DNA of 64,000 bases from Selaginella moellendorffii (lineage: Eukaryota > Plantae > Lycopodiophyta), in NCBI RefSeq assembly GCF_000143415.4, contig NW_003314319.1, positions 648,365 through 712,364 on the forward strand. Direction: 5' to 3'. The position numbers were made by a program, and so were the translations under genes. The notes under the pieces were generated by a model. It worked only from the letters and a program-made list of their open reading frames with translations. It searched no databases and was not told where the DNA came from. Below are positions 47,681 through 60,368 of this stretch, in pieces (the first letter of the stretch is position 1; each line of letters starts with the position of its first letter).

Positions 47681-48666
47681 ACCTACAAAACCGTGATCCT
47701 TTTCGCTAGCACACATGAGGGTGACGATCGCTTCAAACCCCGCCAAGGGCTGATACAAAGTAAATTCGTACTTCTCTACTGCCTGGGGAAGAACTCCAGC
47801 ATCGCTGCCAATCTGGAGATGGAACTCGTAAACATTCACGAATTTCGTGCCACAAACGACTCCGTACGCCAGATCTCTCGAGGCCTGGTGCTGCTGGATC
47901 TTCCGCACGCCCTGGATCAATCTCCCCAGCGCCTCCGCGAACTCCATCTCATGGCTCTGAACTTGCAGCATCCACACCACCCGCGACCATTCCTTCTCTT
48001 TCGAATCATGGGATGGTTTGGCGAGTTTCATGAAGTAGAAGCTCCCGACGTAGCATTCGTCGTCGCGAAGAGCGTATGGAACCGGCGCCTCCCTGACAAT
48101 TGTCCTGAGGACTGTGCGGTAGCCATAGAGAGCCTCCACCTCCTTCTTTCGGAAATCTAAGGCTTCAGCATCATCCTCTCACATGTCTGCCTTTGCCAGA
48201 TCCAACCACGGCTTGCAGCGGAATTCCTTGTGGAGCCGATCCAGCAGCTCCTCGCTTGCATATCCCCCGTCGAAAATCGCCAGGTCCGACGACTTGATGT
48301 CCACACGCGACGCCGCTAGCGCACTCATCGCCACGGGAGTCGATATTCCTGCCATCGAAGAGATAATTCTTTGAAGGCCAAAAGGATTCGCCAACCTGAG
48401 CGTATGATCTCTTTCTCCAGCAGCACCTTGCACACCCATTCCGAGACGCCCATATCGAGAAGCTTGCCGGCATCGAATTTCCGCAGCTGTTCTCCTCTGT
48501 GGATGCCACTCGCGGCGAGCAGCGATTGCAGCTCCTCTTGTTCGCGTTTTGGGATGCTCGGCGCCACTAACCCCAGAAGATCGCCTATCAGGGACGTTCT
48601 CACCTTTCCTTTAAACGCCAACTGAGCCTTCCATGCCGCAAGTGCGTCGTTGCTTGTAGTCGCCAT
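47660..48666 (-). pseudogene. Lineage-specific ORF relic, possibly SAM-like plus a degenerate PD-(D/E)xK domain (Crinkler-related)
   Basis: Three coding-like segments with a frameshift near 48400 and an in-frame TGA at 48179-48181. GEQLRKFDAGKLLDMGV is SAM-like; the C-terminal part contains AYGVVC..FVNVYEF. Confidence 0.4.
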
Positions 48667-48867
48667 AGCCAAGTCACGAGAGTTTAGGGTTCGAGTATTT
48701 ATACTTTCGGAAGGAAAAAAGGGAGTAAAGAACCATTCTAAAAACTTTGGCATTGCTTTTTGGGTGAACGAAGACAAAAGTGTTCCAGAAAGGAAGATCT
48801 TTTACTATTTCATCCAAGGAGAAACGAGAAAAAACATGAGAAGCGAGTTCTTGGTGGTTCACCGCCG

Positions 48868-49238
48868 CTACTGCTTGAGCTCGGCTTTCTTCTTCTGCCA
48901 TAGCCGATCCAGCGCACTGTCCACATCTCCCTGGAAAGAGCACGAAGAAGAACTACTAACTCAAGAGAAGAGAAAGTCGCGGAGATTTACCTGAGATCGG
49001 ACAGCGCCGCAGAAGGCGAATGTGGTGTACTTGCCGATGTAAACTCCCTGGGAATCCAGATGCCCGACATTGATCTGCACGGACGCATGATCCTTGGAAG
49101 TGATGAGCCTGTTGGTCGACGAGCTGCGCAAGAAAATCAATCGCGCTGATGAGAGCGGCCACAAAGGAAGCGGGAGATTCGCGCTTACCACTTCCTGGGG
49201 ATGTAGAGATCGACGTTCTCGCCCTCCTCGTTCTGCAT
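48868..49238 (-). CDS. RPS21: 40S ribosomal protein S21, 3 exons
   Basis: [17 protein letters not shown]|[23 protein letters not shown]..|[15 protein letters not shown]. Confidence 0.97.
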
Positions 49239-49392
49239 GATGGCGCTCTTTCTCCTCCTCAGCCGCAGCACAACGAAAGAACCCTAATGATACCCTAGAT
49301 CTGCGAACGAACGGCTGCGATTCAAGTTTTTCAAAGCCTTCATGGTTTAGGGTTCTTTAGCATATTTCTTTTTTATTTTATTTTATTGTGGC

Positions 49393-52135
49393 ATGGCTTG
49401 CGAGGCTCCGGGATCCAAGGCGGTCTTCGTCGATCCAAGATTCTCAGCGGGCAAGGAAGGGATTTCGCGAAGATTTCGAGTGGAATCGAGGCCTCTGCGG
49501 CGGAATGGGAGAAGAGGATCGCATTTGCGATCCTCTTTTTCCTTGGCGCAGCGTCGCACGGCACTGAATGATAGGTTTAGCTCTGTGGCGAGGCGATTTG
49601 AGCCCGCATTGTCGAAAATCCTGCGTTGGATCGAGGGATCGCGCCGTGAGGATGAGCTTTCCGTGAGGTACGATCCAGATGCCATTTCTTCGTATTTCCA
49701 AGCGCGGCCATTTAGAGTGATTGCGAGAGTTTTAGCCGTAGCGTCCGAGTGCTCCTTGTTTATCTTAAGCATTGTGCTTGACAAGACTTTAGATAAGTCG
49801 AGAGAGAACGAGAGGCGTCGCGCTGCCGAATTCTTGCTGCTCATCACTAAGCTCGGGCCGACTGCTATCAAGGTACGCAAATTCATGTTTTCTCCCCTTT
49901 TGTTCTGAAGCTCATCAATTGTTTCGGTGTTTTTCGATAGATTGGCCAAGCTTTGAGCATTCGACCCGACATGGTATCCACTGCTTACTTGGAGCAGCTC
50001 CAAAAGCTTCAAGACAAAGTGTCTCCATTCTCGAACGAGTTGGCTACGCAAATGATCGAAAAGAATATTGGAAACGATGTTTTCTACGACATCTCATCGG
50101 AGCCAATTGCTGCGGGCTCTTTGGGCCAGGTACGCTGCGTACAAAACTTGGTATTCTCTAGGGAATGTGAAATCCATCTTTCAGGTGTATAAAGCTCGAC
50201 TGAAAAGTAATGGCGACGTCGTTGCTGTCAAAGTACAGAGGCCCGGAGTGCTCCAAGTCATCGCTTGCGATCTATTTATTTTGCGACTAGTCGCAGGCAC
50301 TTTACAGCGCATGTTAAAGTCTCACTCGGACTTTGTCGATCTTCTGGACACCTGGGCTTTGCGGTTTTTTGACGAGCTTGACTATTTCAAAGAGGTTTGT
50401 TCCACGGTCATTTCAGTGTTTGCATCTTACGTTTATTTAGCAGGCCAATAATGCGCAAAGATTTATAAAGAGCATGTCTCCAGTTCCGATGGTTGTGATC
50501 CCCAAAGTTTATATGGAGTATACATCTGGTCAGGTAACAAAATTTTTCTTGTGCTTGTACTTCCCATTTGTTTTACGTTCTCCTTTAGGTTCTCACGACA
50601 AAATGGATTGATGGAGAGAAGTTATCGGAAATCAGAGAAGCGAATGCATTGTCTCTGGTAAATACTGCTCTGACTTGCTATTTGTTTCAACTTCTCGAGA
50701 GTGGTTTCCTTCATGCGGATCCTCATCCCGGAAACCTTCTGCGGACCGAGGATGGACGCCTTTGTATCTTAGACTATGGATTAATGACAGAGGTGGGCTT
50801 ACCGTTTCAATTTCTTGTTTTTTTTCATTGCCATTGAATAAACATTGTTATCCACAGCACAGGTTACAGAAGAACGGCAGTTAGCAATGATTGAATACCT
50901 GGCACATGTAGGAAACTCCGATTACGTTGGTGTAGCCGAAGATCTTGTGAAGCTGGGTTTCTTGCCAGATCAAACTGATCCTAGAATGACTACTACAATA
51001 GTACCAGAAGTTACTCGAATTTTTACGGAGCTACTCCGTGGTGGCGGCGCACGAAAGGTTAACATGCAAGAGGTAAGTTTATTTTTACTTGATTCTTTCT
51101 GCTAATTTCTCGTGTCACAGATATCCAATGGCATCGCAAAAATCTCCAAAGATTATCCTTTAGTTGTTCCATCGTACTTTTCACTGATCATTCGCGCATT
51201 CTCGCTGTTGGAAGGGATTGGCCTTGAGTTTGATCCAGACTACACTATCACAAAGGAGTGTTATCCATATGTCGCGAAGCGTCTAGTCACCGATGACAGG
51301 TTTGGCAACCACTTTGGCTGTAGGTTGAATAACACGTACTCATGGTTACAGCTCTCGAATGCGAAAAGTTCTCAAGTACTTTTTGTACTCCGAGAACAAT
51401 CAGCTCAATGTGACAAGACTGGAGTATATATTTACCAGCTTTCAGGACTTTCAGAAGCTCATGTCTCTTGAGCAACACAGCAATGATTTTCCAGACGATT
51501 TTGCCAAGCAATCAGTGTCTCTGCTACTTGATCCTAAATGAAGCTTTATTCAAGAGCTTGCGCTGGCTGAGGTATGTTTTTGTTTTGGTAAAGATCCTCT
51601 AAAACATTTTCTTTCAGTTCGTGCGTTTGGTTGATGCTTTGTCTCGAACTGCTCATCTCCAAGTTTGGCAGTTTTTCTCTTCTGTTTTAGGACTTCCCAT
51701 TCCAGGTTTCATTATTGGTGCCATACACTTGTCTCAAGAAGATAAAAAGTCTATAGAGACACTTCAGCGACTGTGGCCTTGGCTGCAACCTTACTTGTTC
51801 TCGGACAAATCTGGTGCAGGTAAGTGACATTACTTGGCCTGCCCAAACAAATGTGTCAACTAATTGTTGCCTCTGCAGCATTGATCGATCTTGCTCGTCA
51901 AATCATTGGCGTGGCACCAGACATGTATCGCCACAGCTTTATTCTGTCTCAGAAGTTCGTTATCATGCTTCTACAAAGGCAGGCTCTCCGCTACGCTGAC
52001 GAACTTACAGGGAAAAGCCTTGGAGTGGCCGAGTGGGACAAGGATCCTGCAGCATTGGTTCGCAAGCTTCCATGGTATGAAAATATCTCTGATGGGCCTC
52101 TTACCTGTTTGCTGTTATCGCCTTATAGGACATAA
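49393..52135 (+). CDS. ABC1K/UbiB atypical kinase, plastid type, with an in-frame TGA at 51539-51541
   Basis: LGPTAIK|IGQALSIRPD, PIAAGSLGQ|VYKA, VAVKVQRPG, GFLHADPHPGN, LDYGLM and VPSYFSLIIRA..LEGI. 3' end approximate. Confidence 0.88.
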
Positions 52136-55100
52136 ATCTGTCTAACAGGCACCACATTATGGCGATTAACAGTTTGTGCCGACATCTGGCTCTTCCGGAG
52201 TTAGAAGCTCGGTCCTTAGTTAACACTCTCAGCAAATTGGATGCAGACTGCTAAACAAAGTTCGTCTAGCCGGGAAGATATGTGTAACAAGAGTTCGACG
52301 GCACGCTTCCGGTACGAAATTGTTTAGTTGGAGGCTTGGGCTGACAAACTCTACAGGCTTTCACAACGAATCAGTTTATTCCAGACAGACGGTGACGGCG
52401 CAGATGCGACTTATTGGAGCAAATGACACCTTCTCTCGACAATCCATGCGCAAAGGCAGGACTTGTTGGGAACGCAACTGCGCGGCTAATGTAGACGTTC
52501 ATTTTCAGGCTCGAGAGCGAAAAACTGGAATTTTGTCTGCACGGTACCTTCCCAAGGTTTTGTCGAAGTTGAAGTTGACGTGGTATAGCTTTGCTATATG
52601 AGTTCGACTTCAGGACGCAGCGAACAACTGTGACTTAGTCCGGCAACTCTTTACATTCGTGACTTGAGCATCAACCTTGCAAGGTAAACCTCCCTTCTTT
52701 TTTTTTCGTGCTTGACACCCTATGCGCCTTGCCGAAGTTTCCAGGACTTTCAAAGGGATGGTCTGTGATCTTGTGATTCCGTCACAACGCTGTCGCATTA
52801 TCCAGGTTCTCGTCATTCATCTAGAAACCGCATCTCTTTCGATTCTGACCGGGTGCTTCTTGCCGGCCTACGATACCACCAGTATTATCTACCCAGCGGG
52901 AGGGCTTCACTTAGATCCGGTCAGCGAAACGAGGTTCTTTTCGTTTTAGGAGAGCTCTATGACGCAGCCAAAGCTTGAATGGTCGTCTTTGGTCGGCCTG
53001 TTGGTGTCACAGCTCCCTCGGGCAGCTGACATAGACCCGAGCCGCCCGCTCCGCTCCTCCAAGTTCTTCGCTCATGACAGGTTGAAAAATGGAGTGGAAT
53101 GTCAACCCCCTAGATTCCACAGGGCTTCCAGCAAAGCAAGCCAGCAAGGTTAGTATAGTCTCTCTTTTATTCTTCCTTCTTTACGACTTTCTTTTCTAAC
53201 TTTTTTTTTTTTGGTTTGTCTGGGCTGTGTCAAGATTCATGTGATTCCAGTCAAAGCTGCCTCTGCCGGACTTCAATCCTCACATGCTGGCACCGTGGCA
53301 TAAAAAACGTAGAAAAATACGGCGCGATGGATTCATTCAACCGAATAGAAACCGATTTTGTTGACCTTGCCCGTGAAATCCACTGAAACAGGAAAGAGAG
53401 CAAGAAAAAAAAAAAAGGAACATGACCACTTGTTCCTAGCCTTTGTTGTTGTAGTCTTCAATTGGGAGTAGAAATGCTTGGGCTAGCTCGTGTTGCTGGA
53501 TCCAACTTGGAAAAGAGAAAAGCAAGCAAGCAAGGTGTCGTACTGCACCGAAGAAAAAAAAATCTTCCGTACGGCATTTGATCTTCCAGATGAGATTTTA
53601 GATCCAAATCCAGTTGGGCTCTGAGTGGACTGTAAACACTTCATATTCAATCTCCAAGAGCATGGGACCCAAGACGGTACGTAGACCGTATAGTACTCCC
53701 ATCCAAGGGGAAGAGATTCGGGCAAGCATTTCTTTCGTATAGATCCATCCAGGCGGTTGGATAGATTCCAATCCAACGGAGGGCAGCTGGGGGATCGTGT
53801 TTTTGAGTGATTGCACATTGTAATTTAATGCGGAATCTCAACCGTTTGTGATTGATTTATTCTAACTAGCATGCCTGTTTGGATCCAATTGCTTTGGTTT
53901 TTTAAAAATGGGCGAGAGATCAATGTTTTTTCGAGATGAGCACGACTTTGTTGTCAAGCCTGCAGTGCTGGGAATGGTATTTAATCGTAGGATCATATCA
54001 GTACCAACTTGGAAAGCTTGTTTACACCTAAATGTGCCACAAACAACTAGAAAGAAAAGCTGAGATTAAAAAATGGTGGACGAGCTAATCCATGTCTGGT
54101 AAAGAGCATCAAACAGCCTCTAACGTGGCAGCAGGCTCACGGAGGCATATTAAAATTGGATCAGGCAACAAGCCATAGAAACAATCGCTCTTGTGGCCGA
54201 CAAGAACACGAACACGAAGAGGGCCTCATCGTGTTCTTTGTTGTTACTGCTGGAATTCCACCTTTGCGCCTCAAAAACGACGACGTGATGAACTGTAAAT
54301 CTCCGAGTTGAACTGGAAAGCTGTGGTTCTTGGCTTGTATTTACTATAATATCCGTAAATAAATTTTAAAAAAACTTGACAATGGGATCCAGATGATTCG
54401 TGCCAGATCTTACAACGAGATTTTAAATTTCTTTTTTCTTGATGCTCCATCTGGTACCATGGACTGTCTTTGTTTTTGTCACTGATCGCTACTTCACTTC
54501 CCCATGTGGGTGATTTCGATTCCTCAAGCTCTCGAGTCTGGAGATTTCTGATTTTCTTAATGGCACGACAGGATCTAAGGTGTCACGCAAAGGCCCATGA
54601 TTTTGCTGGCTCCCAGTTCATGAGATTGATCACATGATCGAATTTATATAAATTTTTCTTTGTGTATACCATGTGAATTTACATAGGGTTTGTTGACCAA
54701 CAGAATCTCTCTCTCCTGACCTCTCGGCTTCTCCAGAAGCCAGAAAAGCAAAAATATATTTGATATTTTCTTTTTCTTTTCTATTATATTTGACATGACC
54801 AGCGTTTAGGAAGATCGGGAGGTAAAACAATCTCACGACCTTGCTTGACACGGCTCCACGATTCTCGCGGAGATTCCATATCATTTTGCGTTTAGACTAT
54901 GCCCGGAATGCACCAGGGAATCAACCAGTCCACCCGCACCACACATTCTCTCATCCCATTCGAGCTCTCGAGTCCTCGAAAAGTTTTCCCCTTAGAAAAC
55001 CATTTTTTTGCGCTAGCTTAAGCGGTTGTGTGGTGGCCTGTGGCGTGCTTGGAGATTCCAGCGCTTTCACACGACCAACGGCGAGCTATGCCACACAAAA

Positions 55101-56710
55101 GCTTTAAGAGCTGGCGTGATCCTTAAACAATTCGAAAAGCCACCATTGGGCATTTGAATGCGTCCATCGCAGTTCTTGGCAATTTGCCATTCGACCCATC
55201 ATCCATCACCAATAGAAAATCTCCAAAAGCCCCTCTAGAGAAACTTGCAGGAGTTTAACACCGAATTGGATTCTCCTCTCTGTGCAGCGAATATCCCGTG
55301 GTCGCGCCAAACTTTCAAAAAGCAAATGTGTTGCACATGGGAAACTAGGGCACATAAAGGAAGATTTGGCCCCCCAATTCCTCAATGCCACAGATATGAT
55401 GCTCCCTCCCTCTCAACACCTCACCACTAGGGGCGCGCCACGTCACGCCATGTGGCGCGAGATCACAAGGCGGGAATATCCACATCCACTTTTAGGGCTG
55501 GTGGCCCATTTTGGGCCAAAATGCCCATCTCTCTGACACGACGCTTTGCTCTAGGCATGACTTTGCCTGGCTGGCGGGAGGGGATTTTCCCCTCCCCGGC
55601 ATTTTAACCAACAAGTGGGAAAGGACTTTTAAAGGCGCTGTCGAAAGTGCCCCCCGCCGGCACCATGTCATAGGCACCACCCAGTCCAAGTTGCGCGAGA
55701 GTGACGTGGCGCGTGTGTTGTTGGATATTTCGGGGACGCCGGCTTTAATGCGCACTTCCCCTCCCTCCACGTCATGTCGTTCCGCCACCCTTGGACGGGC
55801 CAATTAAATGACATGCGCTTTAGCTGCTGCCCGGCCCGGCCGGTCCCGGCCCCGGTCAATTCCCTCGTTTTCGTTTTTTTTTACCACGGCCTTTGGCGCG
55901 CCCGACCGGCGCCGCGAAGGGAAGCTCGTACCATCCGTACTCCTTGCCACCCTGTCAGCGCGTGCCGACAGCCCATTTCGCGCCATTGCCCGTGCACGTG
56001 CTTAGCTGGCTGCCAGCTGGCGGAATTTGAAGCGACGGGGGCGACGGCCGTTAACTTAAAGGGTGACGGCCCGGACGGGCTACGGTAGCCCCACCTGGTG
56101 GGCGTAACCGGCTGCAGCCCGTACCGGTTGCTGGCCACCGGCGGCACCGGTTTGCGCATTTACCTAACTCTCAGGAAAACGGCCGCCGCCCTGTAACGTC
56201 CCCGCCGGTCGGCGCCGCATTAAAATCAACCATTTAATTTTCCGGCCGGTGGATTTTCCCGCCCTTTCGCTATTTCCCCGCTAAATCTGCGTGTGCCACG
56301 TGTCACGCCAGTATATGGTTAACAGCTCCAAACAAATGGCTCTAAATGTGGCTGGCAGACTACTTAACAAGGAAGAACCCTAAAGATAAAAGTGGCCCGC
56401 CTTAACATTACAACAGAGTTCTTCCACAGCGAGAAAAGAGAGGAGCCGCCGCGAGAGATCGCGCGCGTTTTCGCTGGAATCCAGGGAATTTCTCGTCGGA
56501 TTTCAGATTTGCTGCGCGCTGGGAGGTGATTTTGGTGTGATTCCCGGCGCGGGCGCACAGCAGCCGGGCAGCCAGCCACAGGTCGGGAGAAGAGAGGGGT
56601 TTTGGAAGCGCTGGAACTGGCTCATCGCAGGTGGAGAGAGTGGAGGCCCTGATTTCGTGGAAGAATCTCGAGATCTCTGGTCTTCTTAGAGATTTGGTTC
56701 TTCGTGGAAA

Positions 56711-58895
56711 ATGGTTGCGGCGGTGGCTACTGGAAGGGGCTGGCCGTATTTCGATCCCGAGTATGAGACGCTGGCCGCCAGGATCAATCCTCCAAGGTTC
56801 GCTCTCACCAAAAAAAAAGAAAAAAAAATTCTTGCTGACTGATTTCGTGATGGTCTTCTCAGAGTTGTGATCGATAACAAGGTTTCGGAGCACGCCACCA
56901 TCATCAAGGTGAGCTCCTCTCGCGAACCATTTCCTTTTTTTTTCTCCTTTTGTTCTTAAGATTTGTCCTCTTTTTCTTTCCAGCTTGATAGCTCAAACCG
57001 GCATGGGATTCTTCTCGATGTCGTCCAGGTCCTCACAGATCTCGACTTGTCGATACTCAAGGCCTTCATCTCCTCCGATGGTGGATGGTTTATGGACGGT
57101 AAGTCTCCATTCTCTTACGATCAAGCATCTCAAGCGAAGCTCTTACATGTTTGTTTTCTCCCCTCTTTCAGTTTTCCATGTCACAGATCGTGATGGGAAC
57201 AAGCTCTCCGACGAGAAGGTCATCGCCCACATCGAGCATGTATGTAGAACTCTTCCTTCTCCCACATCAATCTTCTTTGCCGTCGCTAACAACGCTTGTA
57301 ACTTTCCCATTCCAGGCTCTTGGCGAGAAAGGCGTATGCCAAGCGTATAGAACTTGCTCTGGAGCTCGAACAATTGGAGTCCAGTCGCTGGCTGAGCACA
57401 CGGCCATCGAGCTAACCGGCAACGACCGCCCGGGTCTGCTTTCCGAGATCTCGGCCGTCCTCGCCAGCCTTGGCTGCAACGTTGTGGCCGCGGAGGTGTG
57501 GACTCACAACACAAGAGTGGCGTGCATGGTTTACGTGACCGACCACGAAGGCCATGGAGGTCCAGTGAAAGATCCCACCAAGCTCTGCCATATCAAACAG
57601 ATGCTCGGGCAGGTGATGAAGGGCGATTCGCTCGACGGCAAGACTGCCAGGACGGACTTTGCCATGGGACTTACTCACACGGAGAGGAGGCTCCATCAGA
57701 TGATGTCCGCGGACAAGGAGGAGGAGATGGAGGTAGCAGAAGAGGAGGCCGCGTTGAGCCCGGCCCCGACTTCCATCTCGGACTCGGTCGACTACAAGGG
57801 GAGGCCGACCGTAACAGTCAAGAATTGCGTGGAGAAAGGCTACTCGGTTGTCACGGTGCAGTGCGCGGACCGTCCCAAACTGTTGTTCGATACCGTGTGT
57901 ACGCTCACCGACATGGAGTATGTGGTTTTCCACGCCACCATCGACTCAGAGGGCCCGAATGCGTTCCAGGTACTATTTTTCGCTCTGATTGTTTTTCGTT
58001 TTACTTTTATGTTTTCTTGTTTTTCTTCGTGTTGGTCTTTGCGTGTTTTTCTTTCGCGGAAGTGTGTTGTGTGACTTGGACTGTGTTTTGTTTATTGTCG
58101 CTTTGACGCCGGCTTGACTTGGTGCTACTCGCAAAATGGATCTCTTGGAAGTTGTCTTGTGTGTTCCGCGGGTGTTTGCGAGTGGAATCTGGAGCTTGTT
58201 CTGGACGCTTGCGGTGTCCGTTTTCGGATCTATGTCTGTTGTGCGTGTTGCGAGGCCTGGTTGCCAAGCTTGTGTGTTTTTTCGATGTGTATGATCGGTT
58301 TCTCTTGTGCTTTTGGACTCACGCTGGCCCTGTTTGTTTGATCCGCAGGAGTATTACATTCGGCATCTTGACGGATACACGCTCAATACCGAAACTGAAC
58401 GACAAAGAGTCGTTCGCTGTCTGGAGGCTGCTATTCTACGTAGAGCTTCACAGGTACCAAGAGCTCCTCTTTTGTTCTTTTCTTCTCTTGGATCTGTATC
58501 TAACTAATTCCTTTCGGCATCAGGGCGTGAGGCTGGAGCTGTCCACACAGGACAGGATCGGTTTGCTGTCGGACGTAACCCGGATCTTCCGAGAAAACGG
58601 CCTGTCCGTGGCGAGGGCCGAGGTGACGACCCGAGACGACATGGCAGTGAATGTGTTCTACGTCACGGACGCCAACGGCGGGAGCGTGGACATGCGAGTG
58701 GTGGAGGCGATCCGGGAGGAGGTCGGGCTGGCCATCCTTAAGGTGACGCAGGAGAGATTCCCCCCGAAGATGCTCCATTCATCCCCGACCGAATCGGCCG
58801 ACAAGTCGGCTGCTCGCTTCTCGCTCGGGAGCTTCTTCCGCTCACACTCGGAGAGACTTCTCTACACGCTGGGCCTGCTCAAGTCCTACACCTGA
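56711..58895 (+). CDS. ACR: ACT domain repeat (ACR) protein with four ACT domains
   Basis: WPYFDPEYETLAARINPPR|VVIDN, DSSNRHGILLDVVQVLTDL, IELTGNDRPGLLSE, DRPKLLFDTVCTLTDM and DRIGLLSDVTRIFRENGL. Confidence 0.93.
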
Positions 58896-59361
58896 GGGGC
58901 GCTGTGTATATATTATTCCCCCGCCAACTCGTCGACGACTTCCATCGCCTGGGCTTCCGGAAGAAGGAACAAACGAACTTTCGAAGATCTGCGAAGAATT
59001 CCCGCTAGCTGCTGCTGCTGCTGCTGCTACCACCAGCCAAAATTTTCCTCCCTGAGCTTCTTCTCGTCTCTCCTCTGCTGAGAGAGTTCTTCCTTTTCTC
59101 TTATGTACATACGTCGGGTACAGGCTGGTGCCTGCGCTTTGATTCCTGTACATAGCTTAAAACGAGCGCTTGAAAGATAGAGAGAGAAAAAAAGAAGAAA
59201 AAGCAAAGCCTCAATCAAACAAGCCTCGAACGGCTTACCACCTTTCATTTCTTTTAAAGTGTAAATACTCTTTAATAGATATTATGATAGATTGTATAGA
59301 TTAACAAGAAGAGTTAAATTCCACTAGTCAACAATGTAGCAAAGCAAAGAAGATAAAAGAA

Positions 59362-60267
59362 ATGGCGCTTGCCTGGAGTCCAGCCACACCACTGCCAACT
59401 CTCAGACCACCACTGCGCGTCCACCACTGTGTGAGGAGAGCCGAGGTGAGGAGGAGATTCCAGTGTCGGAGCCTGTTTGGATTCAAGAGCAAGGCGCCCA
59501 AGCTCGAAATCGTCCAGGCCGGGGACCCTGTCTTGCATGAGGCCGCGCGAGAGGTGCTACACTCCGAGGTGAGCAGCGACACCGTCCAGAACACCATCCA
59601 AGGCTTGATTGATGCAATGCGGGAGGCACCGGCCGTGGGTCTGGCCGCTCCCCAGATCGGAGTTCCTCTCCAGGTAGGCCGATAGCTCCAGGTTGCCATG
59701 CCTTCCCTTCTTCTCTTCCAGATAATTGTGCTCGAGGACACCGCCGAGTATATCAGCTACGTTTCCCGCGACGAGGCTCTTTCCCAGCAGCGAAAGCCAT
59801 TCGAGCTCCTGGTAAGTTCCTGTCCAATCCTTTCCCTTTCTTCGGGAGCTCATATATCTGCTCAGGTGATCATCAATCCCATCCTCAGACCCACCACCAG
59901 TGCCACTGCCAGGTTCTTTGAAGGATGTCTCAGGTGATCTCTTCCAAACTTTACTTTCTGCCGCTGATCTTTCTTCCCTGCGAGCTCTTTTGCTGCCAGC
60001 GTTCATGGCTTCCGGGCGATGGTGGAGAGGCACCTCGACGTGGAAGTCACCGGACTGGACCGCGAAGGCAGGCCATTGAAAGTGGAGGCTTCCGGCTGGC
60101 AGGCTCGAATCCTCCAGCACGAATGCGACCATCTCGCAGGGACCTTGTACGTGGACAAGTTCATCCCAAGAACTTTCAGGTCTACCAAAAACTTGTCCAT
60201 GCCAATGGCACGGAGCTGTCCCAGACCTGGCTTATGCTCAGTAGAACATGCTTCTTCCACAGTTTAA
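59362..60267 (+). CDS. PDF1A: Peptide deformylase 1A (organellar)
   Basis: [26 protein letters not shown] and [11 protein letters not shown]. Confidence 0.93.
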
Positions 60268-60368
60268 AACTTCTAGTTACCAGCTTTTATCATGCTCTAG
60301 CCTTGGGAAAGCAAAACGAACTGGTTAGCTACGAGAGAATAAACAAAAATATACCTCCAAAGATATCA

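Noticed and set aside
53645-53720. Nested short stems
   Set aside because: Stems of only 5-6 bp with large loops; expected by chance.
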